A DNA stretch of 64,000 nucleotides from a virus, in the IMG/VR virus record IMGVR_UViG_3300033997_000478, positions 168,675-232,674 of that record. The stretch is one strand, 5' to 3'. The translations under genes and the position numbers were made by a program. The notes beneath the pieces were generated by a model. The model ran no database searches. It worked only from the letters and a program-made list of their open reading frames with translations, and was not told the DNA's origin. Shown piece after piece: positions 50,543 through 60,425 of this stretch (its first letter is position 1; each line of letters opens with the position of its first letter).

Positions 50543-51283
50543 ATGCATCACGACATCGAGTCCCAGGAAGACAAGCTGTACGGTGAGCTCTACAAGCTGG
50601 CTGAAATGCTGCTCACCAACGGCAACCTCAAGGTCCTCCAGCTGCCGCTGGTGGCCAACGTCGACTGGCAGAAGGGTCCGTCGCTGACCAAGGACAAGAC
50701 CTACATGCTCGAAGCCTCCATGTCCATCGAGTACGCCATGGGCCGGCCGATGGTGAACGTCGACATGGTCTTTGACGATGACATCGGCGCCACCACCCGT
50801 CTTAGCGGCGCTCACCTGCTGATGTTCAATCCGGTCGACCGTGAAGCGGCCATCGAGACCATCAATTCCACCCTGCAGGACCGTCGCGCCAGCCGCCTCG
50901 CTGAAGCGCTCAAGAGCCTGACCAAGGCGGCCGACCACAACCCGATGACCCTCAAGCCCGGCGACGTCGTCAGCCGTCAGGACAAGCTGGACGCCGAGGT
51001 GGTGGACGATGAATACACCTGGGTGGTGGTTCATGTGCTCACCAAGGCCGAACAGCTGCTGTACTGGAAGGCACAGGGCGGTCAGACCACCCTGCAGCAC
51101 GTGATCTTGGTCGGCACCCAGACTGGCGCCGACGGCTCGCAGGCGCGCACCTGCTTGCCGGTCTCAGCGCTGGATCTGGTCAAGATCGGCACGCTGGCCG
51201 ATTTCGGTCTGGAATTGCCGCAGGGCGATTGGCTGGAGATGATCCTGCCGATGGGTCCGGGCTTCAGCGACCTGGTGAAGTAA
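50543..51283 (+). CDS. hypothetical protein
   Basis: RBS caaggaaaccgaccATG. Confidence 0.5.
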   Translation: MHHDIESQEDKLYGELYKLAEMLLTNGNLKVLQLPLVANVDWQKGPSLTKDKTYMLEASMSIEYAMGRPMVNVDMVFDDDIGATTRLSGAHLLMFNPVDREAAIETINSTLQDRRASRLAEALKSLTKAADHNPMTLKPGDVVSRQDKLDAEVVDDEYTWVVVHVLTKAEQLLYWKAQGGQTTLQHVILVGTQTGADGSQARTCLPVSALDLVKIGTLADFGLELPQGDWLEMILPMGPGFSDLVK

Positions 51284-51320
51284 CAAGGGCAGGGGGTAGG
51301 AAACTACCCCCTTCTTCAAA

Positions 51321-51593
51321 ATGTCCAATGGGGAGAAACAGATGTCGTGTGGCTGCTGTGATGGATCCAAGGGATTGACGTTGCCTACTGAAGCACCCGC
51401 CCCGTGCTGCCCGCGCAGTGAGTGGCCCAGTTACTTCGTCCCCGACCCGCAAGACCCCAGATGGGGCACGTGGCATTGCCCACGCTGTGGCATTGGACAG
51501 CCCGACAAGAGCACCGCCGACGTACCGCAGGCACGCACCCTGTGGCAACGTCTTTCCAGCTGGTGGGCCGACAAGAGTCCGCTGGCGATCTGA
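51321..51593 (+). CDS. small Cys-rich protein (possible zinc ribbon)
   Basis: CGCCDG...CCPR...CPRCG cysteine clusters. Confidence 0.35.
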   Translation: MSNGEKQMSCGCCDGSKGLTLPTEAPAPCCPRSEWPSYFVPDPQDPRWGTWHCPRCGIGQPDKSTADVPQARTLWQRLSSWWADKSPLAI

Positions 51594-51607
51594 TCGAGAA
51601 ACCGAAA

Positions 51608-52510
51608 ATGACAACGATCGTTTATCATGGTCTGGAACAAACCTTCGCTATGGACAGCATGGTGACCTGGACCAATGGGGCTAAGCAACACCGCATCGAA
51701 AACAGTTACAAGATCGATGATCTCTCCAAGGCGGGGATTGTCACCTGCGAAGGTGAGCGCCTGATCGCTATGTGCCTGTCTGGCTCGGTCAACAGCTTCG
51801 AGCGTTGTGCCAACTTCATCCTCGACCACCTGCATAAGTGGGAAGAGAAGATGAAGATCGTCAACGACATCGGCGGTTCATTCGGTGTGCAGAACACCGT
51901 GGGTGTTATTCTAGTCACCGACAAGCACACCTACGTCTTCCGCTTCAACGGTCAAGGCGTCAACGTGGTCAAGCACAAGCCTGAAGCCTTCGTTGCGGCT
52001 GGTTCTGGCGCGATCCCGGCCATGACGGCACACCACGTTTACGGCGCTTCGGCACTGGATGCAGTCAAGGCCGCGGCATTGATCGATGAGGGTAGTGGTT
52101 ACCTGGTACACGCGCTGCGTATCGTCGATGGTAAGGTGTCGCCGAACCAACCGCATTACATCACCGACGCGAAGGCTGAAGTGATGGCCATGCGTAAGCG
52201 TGCTGGTAAGTCTCAGGCTTACGACATGCCCAAGAAGACCACCGAGTTCGCCAACCGTTACAGCCACACCGACGACGCGCGCGACAAGAAGCTAACCAAG
52301 ATCCGTGAGGACCAGGAAAAGCTGCGGAAGGAGGCTGAAGCCAAGGCAGCTGAAAAGGCTGCCGCTGAGAAGGCCGGGAAGAAGGGCAAGCGCACGCAGG
52401 GCCGCAAGGCTCAAGAAAAGCAGCTCACCGAACTGACTGAGAAGACCACGCCGGTTCAGCCGCTGGGCCGTCGTCGTGGTAAGGCCGGTCCGCTGCCGGC
52501 ACGCACCTAA
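51608..52510 (+). CDS. HslV-like Ntn-hydrolase peptidase (proteasome beta-type) with K/A-rich C-terminal extension
   Basis: N-terminal MTTIV (Thr1). IAMCLSGSVNSF aligns to HslV IAGFAGGTADAF, GVILVTDKHTYVFRFNGQGV to AMLIVADKESSLIITGNGDV, and AFVAAGSGAIPA to LIAIGSGGPYA. The roughly 120-aa tail is lysine/alanine rich. Confidence 0.75.
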   Translation: MTTIVYHGLEQTFAMDSMVTWTNGAKQHRIENSYKIDDLSKAGIVTCEGERLIAMCLSGSVNSFERCANFILDHLHKWEEKMKIVNDIGGSFGVQNTVGVILVTDKHTYVFRFNGQGVNVVKHKPEAFVAAGSGAIPAMTAHHVYGASALDAVKAAALIDEGSGYLVHALRIVDGKVSPNQPHYITDAKAEVMAMRKRAGKSQAYDMPKKTTEFANRYSHTDDARDKKLTKIREDQEKLRKEAEAKAAEKAAAEKAGKKGKRTQGRKAQEKQLTELTEKTTPVQPLGRRRGKAGPLPART

Positions 52511-52519
52511 GGAGGACCC

Positions 52520-53077
52520 ATGCGAGGTCGCTTCAGCAAGTTGACCACCAAAGTGTTCCAAGGAGTTACCGTGGACTACTTACCGCAACCTATCAAGTAT
52601 CATCCCCGTTACACACATCGTCGGATTGAAAATCCCCACTTGGTCCCTCTGGAGACCTTGCGCAACTGGGGTAACCAGCCTTCCTTCGCTGATCTGTTCC
52701 GGATGAGGATGCAGGGAAAGGCCAAGGTGGTTGTCTCTCGGATGTACCACTGGACCGATGGTGAAGACCTGCGAATGGAAGACCTCACCCATGGTCGTTT
52801 GTATCTGAGCCACAACTCTGCACACTGGGCACCTAAGGTAGCCAATGGTCAGGCGTTGTTTGAACTGGACTGCCGATTCGATCAGCCGGTACATTTTGGC
52901 GATATGGGTCAGCCGTATGAGCACGTATGGCGTCGCTTGGAGGATCGCCTGGAAGCGATTCACTTGCAACGTGATGCGCTATTCTATACTCCCGCAACCG
53001 TCGAACCGCCCCAAGGCTTCGTTTACGATGCGCGGAAGTCTATTCTGGCGATCAGGTACATCGGAACTGCCATTTGA
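52520..53077 (+). CDS. hypothetical protein
   Basis: RBS aaggaggacccATG. Confidence 0.45.
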   Translation: MRGRFSKLTTKVFQGVTVDYLPQPIKYHPRYTHRRIENPHLVPLETLRNWGNQPSFADLFRMRMQGKAKVVVSRMYHWTDGEDLRMEDLTHGRLYLSHNSAHWAPKVANGQALFELDCRFDQPVHFGDMGQPYEHVWRRLEDRLEAIHLQRDALFYTPATVEPPQGFVYDARKSILAIRYIGTAI

Positions 53078-53121
53078 AGAAAGACCCCTAGTCAGTCATC
53101 TTAGGTTGGAATACCTGAGCA

Positions 53122-53790
53122 ATGCATCTGGCTAGGGCCCATTCCTACAAGAGCGTCACCTGTGTGTTCAACTACCTTAAACTGATCCTGATCTCCTTCC
53201 TGGCGATCACCTCACTGACGGCCTGCACTACGCTTAGCAACCGTACTGCCGCTGTCGCTCCGATCACCATCTCCGAACTGGAAGTCGAATACCCAACGAT
53301 CGATTTGATCGACGCAGTTGCAGTGGAAGCGCCTGTACTGGAAGTACGGGAAATCAGCGTGCCCATGGAGCCGCTGGAGTTGCATGAGAAAGCTCGGATC
53401 GTTATGAGCGATGCCGAGGTACGTTGCATGACCGACGCAATATACCACGAAGCCCGTAGCGAATCCTACGAAGGCAGAGTTGCGGTAGGCTATGTTGTGC
53501 TGAATCGAATTGCAGATGGTCGCTTTCGCGATTCCATCTGTAGCACGGTCTACCAAAAAGATAAAGGCCGTTGTCAGTTTAGCTGGTGTAAGAGTCAGCC
53601 TCGCATCAAGTATCCGCAACTCTATCGTGAGGCGAATGAGATCGCCCTGAGGGTGATGCGGCGTGAGGTTGCAAATCCCATCGGCAATAGTTTGTTCTTC
53701 CACGCCAAATACGTTAACAACGGCAAGAAGTATGCCATGGAGTATCGTATTGGCGGGCATCGTTTTTATGGCGCTGTAGTCAGAATGTAG
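53122..53790 (+). CDS. SleB-family cell-wall hydrolase (Hydrolase_2), predicted lipoprotein
   Basis: DAIYHEARSESYEGRVAVGYVVLNRIADGRF...CQFSWC matches the SleB core (IYGEARGE..EG.VAV..VVLNR...FP..I..V..Q...QFS.W). N-terminal signal with lipobox LTAC. Confidence 0.7.
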   Translation: MHLARAHSYKSVTCVFNYLKLILISFLAITSLTACTTLSNRTAAVAPITISELEVEYPTIDLIDAVAVEAPVLEVREISVPMEPLELHEKARIVMSDAEVRCMTDAIYHEARSESYEGRVAVGYVVLNRIADGRFRDSICSTVYQKDKGRCQFSWCKSQPRIKYPQLYREANEIALRVMRREVANPIGNSLFFHAKYVNNGKKYAMEYRIGGHRFYGAVVRM

Positions 53791-53797
53791 GTGGTGT

Positions 53798-54415
53798 ATG
53801 CGTTTTCTTGATTTGACTGGTCAACGGTTTGAACGGTTAGTGGTCCTGAGCTACGAAAAGGTGGGTCAAAAAACCAAATGGAACTGCCGCTGTGATTGCG
53901 GTAACCACACCTCTGCCGCCACCAGTGATCTCAGATCAGGGAAGACGAAGAGCTGTGGTTGTTTGCGTAACGAGCAAAATCTGACGAATAAGATGACCCA
54001 CGGCATGTCCTCAAGTCCCGAGCATTCCAACTGGACGGCAATGAAGAATCGTTGCCTCAATCCTAATGGGTCGGACTTCAATCGCTACGGCGGTCGAGGC
54101 ATCACCATCGATCCACGTTGGATCAATTCGTTCGAGGCCTTCTACGCCGACATGGGACCACGGCCCACCCCTGAGCACACCTTGGAGCGAAAAGACAACG
54201 ACCAAGGATACAGCAAAGACAACTGCACCTGGGCCACCCGTAAAGAGCAGGCAAGGAATCAATCTACCACTCTGAGATATGAGTACAAGGGGCAGTTGCT
54301 GTCACTGCGTGAAATCACTGAGCTGGAAGGCGTCAGTTTCGACATGGTATATCAGCGCATGCGGAACATGGGGATGACCCTCGAAGAAGCCCTCAATCCA
54401 GTTCACTTTCGATAA
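53798..54415 (+). CDS. HNH endonuclease (phage-type, Cys-rich N-terminus)
   Basis: GQRFERLVVLSYEKVGQKTKWNCRCDCGN...SGKTKSCGC and the downstream YGGRGITIDPRW...SLERKDNDQGYSKDNCTWATRKEQARNQ are typical of phage HNH endonucleases. Confidence 0.65.
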   Translation: MRFLDLTGQRFERLVVLSYEKVGQKTKWNCRCDCGNHTSAATSDLRSGKTKSCGCLRNEQNLTNKMTHGMSSSPEHSNWTAMKNRCLNPNGSDFNRYGGRGITIDPRWINSFEAFYADMGPRPTPEHTLERKDNDQGYSKDNCTWATRKEQARNQSTTLRYEYKGQLLSLREITELEGVSFDMVYQRMRNMGMTLEEALNPVHFR

Positions 54416-54416
54416 C

Positions 54417-54452
54417 CCATAAGACCCCCACCTACGGGTGGGGGCTTATGTC
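54417..54452 (+). terminator. intrinsic terminator (cataag-a-cccccacc-tacg-ggtggggg-cttatg)
   Basis: 8-bp GC stem plus an outer cataag/cttatg extension. Confidence 0.65.
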
Positions 54453-54476
54453 AATTCTTACCCTAGGAGAGCTGTA

Positions 54477-55106
54477 ATGAAACCCAACATTGTCGATAAC
54501 ACCCATCGTCCGGTGGACGTTGGTCTGCGCGAAATTCTCGATGAAGACCATCTGCCCAACTGGATGTTTGATCCGTTACTGCGCGCACTTAAACGCGTCG
54601 ATCCTACTGGGGAAGGTAGTATTTTCCTGAACGGGATGACCTTCAGTACGTCCGGTTACCACCCTGGGCGTGGGAACTTCGTCAAGTTCGATCGACCGCG
54701 TACTTTCGAGCAGGGCGAACTGGGTTTGATCGATTACGCTGTGCGCCGTCTGGACGTGGATAAACCGTTCGCTGATGACTTTACTGTTCGTGGGGAATCC
54801 ACTGTCATTGACGGTGAGTTCAACATTGAAGGTATGCTGCAAACCATCGCCACGTACACTACCGACGCTTTTATTGGTGAACGCACCACGATCGCGATGG
54901 ATGGTGTGTTGTGGGCGTACTGGTTGGAGGAAATGCACAAGGACGGCATTCAATCGCGTCTGATGCTTTTCCACATGGACGAAGAACAAGTGTACATGGG
55001 TACGGTAGAGCACGAGAACATGCAACTGTCGCTGATCTTGAATCTCACCAAGATGCAAGTGATCAACCCCGCCACTGAAGTTGCGAGCTCGCCCCGTCTG
55101 CACTAA
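54477..55106 (+). CDS. hypothetical protein
   Basis: RBS aggagag 6 nt before ATG 54477. Confidence 0.45.
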   Translation: MKPNIVDNTHRPVDVGLREILDEDHLPNWMFDPLLRALKRVDPTGEGSIFLNGMTFSTSGYHPGRGNFVKFDRPRTFEQGELGLIDYAVRRLDVDKPFADDFTVRGESTVIDGEFNIEGMLQTIATYTTDAFIGERTTIAMDGVLWAYWLEEMHKDGIQSRLMLFHMDEEQVYMGTVEHENMQLSLILNLTKMQVINPATEVASSPRLH

Positions 55107-55177
55107 TCTTCACTCGAGCACTACGTGCTGTTAATCACAACGCGTAGTGCTTACACTTTGACCCAACGGTAACCGCC

Positions 55178-55696
55178 ATGGAAATAGCACCTCTACCGCC
55201 AGCAGTGGCCGATCATTTCTTCAATATCTGTGGGACGCTGCAGGAAGCCCCATGGCATCCGGGCAGTGCGCTGTGGTACGGTCACGACATGGCAATTGAC
55301 AACCAAGTCAACTTCGGTTGGAATCCTACCGAGGATGAAGCCACTGAAGTGCGTACGATCGAATTGCTACATCTCACCGGCACATCGGAGGAGATTGAAA
55401 AGCTATACCATCCATTAGTAAATGGAATGGTGTTGATCGACGTTCCCGCCATCAGCATTCAAAGTACGCGCGATTTTATCTTCGCTGCGTGGTGTGATCC
55501 CAATGTTCGTTTGGGGCCGGATCTAATGTTGTGTCTGGGGCTGCCTTATCTGGTACAGGAAGAACTAAAGCCCCAGCGCGTACGGCAAGGCTACGACGCT
55601 CAGAACAAGACGATTGTCTACATGTTCGACATGGAAGGCTTCTCCTTGTTCTGGACGATCTACGCTAAGTCAATCTCCGTCATGAAGACCGAGTGA
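55178..55696 (+). CDS. hypothetical protein
   Basis: ATG 55178, 172 aa. Confidence 0.45.
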   Translation: MEIAPLPPAVADHFFNICGTLQEAPWHPGSALWYGHDMAIDNQVNFGWNPTEDEATEVRTIELLHLTGTSEEIEKLYHPLVNGMVLIDVPAISIQSTRDFIFAAWCDPNVRLGPDLMLCLGLPYLVQEELKPQRVRQGYDAQNKTIVYMFDMEGFSLFWTIYAKSISVMKTE

Positions 55697-56139
55697 GAAA
55701 CATGTCCAACCCCCAGTATGACGACGAAGACGTCCCCGAGGAGGAACGTTTGTACTTCTACGCGCTGCAGGCCGACGGAGCAATGTTCGCATTGCCCAAG
55801 TCCATGTCGGTCAATACCTCGATCCAGCGCTACCACGATGAATGTGCCGCTGCTGGCATCACACCCAAGAGCTTCGAGCTGGTGTACACCGATGTGCTGT
55901 TGAGCCAATTGATCGCCAACATGGATGCGATCGAGGCCAACAACAACATCACCACCCATTACTTCGCCATCATGATCAACGATCTGGTCTCGCCCAGTCC
56001 GTCGCAGTTCGGCGATGACCTGGCCAAGGCCCAGGCGTGGTATGACAAGCTGCGCAAGCCGCCGTTCAACTTCAAGCTGATTGGCCCCATCGCTACGGCG
56101 CGCATGCGCACCGAGTGGACGGCGCTGCTGCAGCACTGA
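55693..56139 (+). CDS. hypothetical protein
   Basis: ATGA-type overlap with the upstream gene. Confidence 0.45.
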   Translation: MRNMSNPQYDDEDVPEEERLYFYALQADGAMFALPKSMSVNTSIQRYHDECAAAGITPKSFELVYTDVLLSQLIANMDAIEANNNITTHYFAIMINDLVSPSPSQFGDDLAKAQAWYDKLRKPPFNFKLIGPIATARMRTEWTALLQH

Positions 56140-56270
56140 ACTACCCCTCATCGAGCAATGAGGTAGTAATCTGGGCCGTTATCCCCAACGGCTCAGTCGA
56201 TGGTTCTCTTCTCCCCAGAGTAGATCCATTAAGTGGCAAGCACTGTTGTTAAATAGAGCTTCGGTCATAC

Positions 56271-56300
56271 GCGGAGGGGTCGTGCCCTCCGCACTTTATG
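56271..56300 (+). terminator. hairpin (gcggaggg-gtcgtg-ccctccgc) + actttatgcc
   Basis: 8-bp stem with the YTTATGC tail. Confidence 0.5.
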
Positions 56301-56328
56301 CCGCACTTCCCTTAAATAGGAGCAGTAC

Positions 56329-57435
56329 ATGAACAAGCAAGCCAAAGCTGTATTGAGCACCCCGGTGATGTCGGACTACCTGACCAAGGCTCTGATCACC
56401 GGTGTGGAGAAGAACCGTCTGCGTCTGGTGTCGATGTGCAACGTCGCCTCCAAGATCGACGGTGAGAATCTTTTCAGTCGCGCCCTGATCCGCGTCAAGC
56501 TCGGCGGCGCGCCGATGGAGTACACCCTGTCGATCTTCAACGCCGACCAGCTCGAGAAAGCCGGCGGTAGTGATGGCGACATCTTCGCCCATTCCTTCTA
56601 CAAGGTGGCAGGCAGCGACCAGAAGGACGATGGGATTCCGGCAGGTGCTGATCGGTGGGTGAACAACTACGTTCCTCAGGATGATGTTTTCTCCGAGCGT
56701 AGCCTGTCCTTCCTCAACACCCGCCCCGACGAAGGTACCTACGAGATCGCCTGCCTGTTGCTGGACCTGATGGACCTGCCGAAAGAGCACCATCTCGCAT
56801 TGGTGTATCTGGACAACATCGGCCTGCGTCACGTCCTGTGCTTGCCCAACGAAAACGACGGCGATCCGGAAGTGACCTACGTGCTGATCCATCAGCCCGG
56901 TCGTGAAAACTTCCGTCGTCCCAACGACTACCGGCTGCCGCTGCTGTCCAAGAACCCGCCGGCCCTGCTGCGGTTGCTGTTGCGTGAACTGCACCTTGAC
57001 GGTGACGGCGATCGTGACGACATCCATCCGCTGGACACCGATGTAGAAAAGGTCCAGTGGGGCTACGGCGGTCCGTACGCAGTCCAGTACGGCCTGGCCC
57101 GGTTGTTGATTTATACGGCCGAGGCAGAAGGTGTGTTGCCAGCACATCCGCTGTTGATTGTGGCCGACAGCGCACTGGCATCGGCCGGTACCTACGGCGC
57201 CGCCCCGCACTGCATGCGGTGTCCGACCGACATTCGTTGGGCACTGGAGAACATCCCGGCACTGTACCAGCCCCATCCGGCCAGCGAACTGGCGCGTGAT
57301 TTCCTGGCATGCTTGATGAAGCAGAATTCCTTCGATAAGGTCCTGTTGTTCATTCGCGTCGACCATGCCGGACAAGCCAGTGGCTTTACCCTGATTCAGG
57401 ACGATGCCGCCATCGATTTCAACCTGCAGTACTGA
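56329..57435 (+). CDS. hypothetical protein (368 aa)
   Basis: RBS aataggagcagtacATG. Confidence 0.5.
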   Translation: MNKQAKAVLSTPVMSDYLTKALITGVEKNRLRLVSMCNVASKIDGENLFSRALIRVKLGGAPMEYTLSIFNADQLEKAGGSDGDIFAHSFYKVAGSDQKDDGIPAGADRWVNNYVPQDDVFSERSLSFLNTRPDEGTYEIACLLLDLMDLPKEHHLALVYLDNIGLRHVLCLPNENDGDPEVTYVLIHQPGRENFRRPNDYRLPLLSKNPPALLRLLLRELHLDGDGDRDDIHPLDTDVEKVQWGYGGPYAVQYGLARLLIYTAEAEGVLPAHPLLIVADSALASAGTYGAAPHCMRCPTDIRWALENIPALYQPHPASELARDFLACLMKQNSFDKVLLFIRVDHAGQASGFTLIQDDAAIDFNLQY

Positions 57436-57461
57436 TTCACCTCAACCAGAGAAGGCAATAC

Positions 57462-58736
57462 ATGAATACCAACCAGAACCTCCAGGACATCATCCGCCAG
57501 AACCTGGCTGCCAACGTGATGGAAGCCAGCGGCAAGTTGCCGACTCCGATCTCCCTGGCCCAGCGCAACCTGGCCGACATGTACCTGGATCACCTCAAGC
57601 AGCAGTTCGGCGATGAGCAGGCCCAGACGATGTGGAGCGTGCCGCAGCCGATCTTCATCAGCCATCCGGCCTATACCGAGATCAACCTGGTCAACGCCAG
57701 CCCCGTCGCCTTGGGTGCCAACTCCAACAGCTGGCTGCGCGTGGTCTACTACTCCGGCCGCATCTTCACCCAGAACCGTACCCCGGTCGGCAATACCGAT
57801 TGGATCGAGCCAGCTCTGGCCGAGATCTTCGGCACCCAGCCGCATGTGATCTTCCACAACGACGACGTGCGTTCGCAGTTCACCGGCCTGACCGGCACCT
57901 GGCAGGCCGTGGATCGCGTGCTGGAACAGCTGGACAGCCCGCATCACAGCGAGAGGTCCCTGCGCTTCTACGGCGCTGTGGCGGCCACCGAGTACTACCA
58001 GAACCACTCGATGCAGAAGCTGTACTTCGTCTACCACGACGTAGATCGCGTGTATCTGGTCGATGCCTACGGCTGGGGTCAGGGTGCGCCGGGCTGCCAT
58101 CGTCTGGTGGGCTTCTCGATCGAAGCACTGGGCTTCTACCAGAATGCCCGTGAAGAAGGCCTGGCCATCACCAACCCGCAGACCAACCAGCAGTACAACC
58201 TGGCCGCCCCGCTGTCCACCGGCCTGATGTCGGTTTGGCTGGCACCGGCCGGGCTGCCGACTGGCGTGTACGCTTACCGCGACCAGCCGGCCAACGTGGG
58301 TGACTGGCAGTACAGCCTGACCAGCCACACGCCGGGTGACGTGCCCAAGACCAGCACTGGCTCTGCGGTGGCTGAGGAGTTCAGCGCTGACCCGGTGGAA
58401 CGTCGTGAGCGTGTCCTGGAGCTGTTCGTCCAGGCGCACGAGGGCAAGGGTCAGAAGGCCTACGACTACGGTCTGCTGGTGACGGTGCTCTCCCGTCAGG
58501 TGAGTGCGGAGCTGCTGCGCGATGTCTTCATCGACGAGGAAGGCTCGCTGGTGATCGATGTCGGCCTCGGCCCGGCGGCCGATGAACGCTTCACCTTCCG
58601 CACCTGGCGAGGTGAGACTCAGGACAACGCACCGGTTGATCGTGCAGAGCCGGCGCAGGTGGAAGAAGCTGCCGAACCCCGTCGTGATGAGCTCGAAAAC
58701 AACCTGAAGGACCTGGGCATCGAAAAGCCTGAGTAA
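57462..58736 (+). CDS. hypothetical protein (424 aa)
   Basis: RBS agagaaggcaatacATG. Confidence 0.5.
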   Translation: MNTNQNLQDIIRQNLAANVMEASGKLPTPISLAQRNLADMYLDHLKQQFGDEQAQTMWSVPQPIFISHPAYTEINLVNASPVALGANSNSWLRVVYYSGRIFTQNRTPVGNTDWIEPALAEIFGTQPHVIFHNDDVRSQFTGLTGTWQAVDRVLEQLDSPHHSERSLRFYGAVAATEYYQNHSMQKLYFVYHDVDRVYLVDAYGWGQGAPGCHRLVGFSIEALGFYQNAREEGLAITNPQTNQQYNLAAPLSTGLMSVWLAPAGLPTGVYAYRDQPANVGDWQYSLTSHTPGDVPKTSTGSAVAEEFSADPVERRERVLELFVQAHEGKGQKAYDYGLLVTVLSRQVSAELLRDVFIDEEGSLVIDVGLGPAADERFTFRTWRGETQDNAPVDRAEPAQVEEAAEPRRDELENNLKDLGIEKPE

Positions 58737-58881
58737 ATAATTCCGGCAGGTTCTGATGATGTGGAACTTGACTGCACGTGCCGCGACGGTGGCAATCCAA
58801 CCGTGCAGATCGTCTGGGAGACCCACGTAAGTTACGTAAGTCCTCCCGCCAGCAGACGTTCATGAGGCGTTTGCAATGACC

Positions 58882-58916
58882 GGCCGGGCTGTGAAAGCAG
58901 CCCGGTCTCTTTATGC
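58882..58916 (+). terminator. hairpin (ccgggctg-tgaaag-cagcccgg) + tctctttatgcc
   Basis: 8-bp stem with the YTTATGC tail, inside a 209-nt intergenic region. Confidence 0.5.
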
Positions 58917-58945
58917 CATCCGCAACAAATGAGGGATAGAAAGCC

Positions 58946-60367
58946 ATGACCGAAGTACAGAGCAGCCCGGCACCGAAGAAGCACAACCTGCACGAATTTT
59001 CCAACACCCATTTCCATCTCCTGATCGTTGCCGACGACCAGGACGTCAACAAGGCACTGCTGGAACGTGCGAAGCTCGCCGCTCCCATTTCGAGCGTCCT
59101 CGTCGACCTGTCCCCGATCAGGGACACCAGCGGGCGTGCGCGCGGCATTGCCGTGGACAAGCTGCTGGCCGCGGCCGCCAAGGCACATCCGGATAGTGAG
59201 CTGATCGTGGCAACGAGCGCACCGGCTGCGTTTGCAGGCGCAATGGTCAAGGGCGAAGACAACTCCTTTGCTCGCGGCGCACTGCAGAACATCATCGACG
59301 GCCTGCTTGGCTTCCGCACCCTGAACCTGCTCGATTCGATCACGGTCTACGCCGGCGCCCTCAAGAAGTCGCACTGGTTCAGTTCGGCCATGCCGGCTTG
59401 GTCCAAGCTCCAGCATCCGAAAGCTGAACCGAAGCCGGTCAAGGTCCATGGCAACTTCAAGGTGGCAGGTGGCCGTGTGGAAGTATCGCGCGGTGGCCCG
59501 GCTCGGATGACCAAGACGGCCGGCGAGCTCGCCGCCGAACAAGGTGTCGAAGTGATCTTGGAAAAGCAGACCAAGGGCACCGCTGAAGCCAAGCTCGGTG
59601 GTAAGCTCGCTGGCGTCAAGGGTAGCCAAGGGTACACCAATCCCTGGCTGGCCTTCGGTTTCAACGAAGGTCCGGAAGACGACCGCAACCAGCACGTGGC
59701 CTTCGACAGCCTGTTCGATCATCATGCCAAGGCTCGCATGGGTCTCGATGTCCTGTCGCTCGATGAAATCGTCGAGACCGCCCGCCTGATCACTTCCCTG
59801 GAAGGCAGTGCGGCACCACACGAGATCAGTAACAAGCAGACCTTGGCCCGTCTGATCGGTGCTGTCCGTCGTTCGCTGGCCGGTGAGCGGTACGCCGAAC
59901 AGCTCAGCGATCTGCTGTTTGCGCTGAAGGCTGAGCAGGCCGGCGGCAACGACATCCGCAAGCAGATCATGATGGTGGTGGAGACCGGTGCGATCAAGTA
60001 CGTCGCAGTCGCCAACCGCCGTCCGCTGCTGGCAACGGTCTTCGAAGGTCTGCACCGTCGTGTCAAGGGGGCACTGCGCCGTCGTAAGCAAGTGGCTGAC
60101 CAGAAGAAGGCGCAGGCTGAACCGGCACCGGTGGTTGAAGCTCCGGCCAAGAAAAAGAAGAAGCGCAAGAAGAAGGTCGAGCAGGCATCGACCGAACAGC
60201 CCTTCGAATCGCGCTTCGCGGCCAAGATTCTCGACACCGATCAACCGACCCTGAGTGAACAGGAGTATCAGGCTCGCAAGCAACAGCTTCTCGATGCTAG
60301 GAAGACCCACAGCGAAGAAGCCACGCCGCAGCCAGCGGCAGAACTCGCGCAGACCGAAGAGAAGTAA
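58946..60367 (+). CDS. hypothetical protein with C-terminal poly-Lys/Arg tract
   Basis: RBS gagggatagaaagccATG. KKKKKRKKK segment near the C-terminus. Confidence 0.5.
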   Translation: MTEVQSSPAPKKHNLHEFSNTHFHLLIVADDQDVNKALLERAKLAAPISSVLVDLSPIRDTSGRARGIAVDKLLAAAAKAHPDSELIVATSAPAAFAGAMVKGEDNSFARGALQNIIDGLLGFRTLNLLDSITVYAGALKKSHWFSSAMPAWSKLQHPKAEPKPVKVHGNFKVAGGRVEVSRGGPARMTKTAGELAAEQGVEVILEKQTKGTAEAKLGGKLAGVKGSQGYTNPWLAFGFNEGPEDDRNQHVAFDSLFDHHAKARMGLDVLSLDEIVETARLITSLEGSAAPHEISNKQTLARLIGAVRRSLAGERYAEQLSDLLFALKAEQAGGNDIRKQIMMVVETGAIKYVAVANRRPLLATVFEGLHRRVKGALRRRKQVADQKKAQAEPAPVVEAPAKKKKKRKKKVEQASTEQPFESRFAAKILDTDQPTLSEQEYQARKQQLLDARKTHSEEATPQPAAELAQTEEK

Positions 60368-60368
60368 G

Positions 60369-60415
60369 TCTCAAAGTTAACACCGCAAGTCTTAACTTGT
60401 GATAACACTTTGAGA
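60369..60415 (+). promoter_or_regulatory. long imperfect inverted repeat (tctcaaagt ... actttgaga) between genes
   Basis: 9-bp perfect outer arms with inner partial symmetry (gttaaca / tgataac). AT-richer than other hairpins and lacks a T-run. Lies just upstream of the CYTH-like gene. Confidence 0.3.
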
Positions 60416-60425
60416 TCGTCGGATC

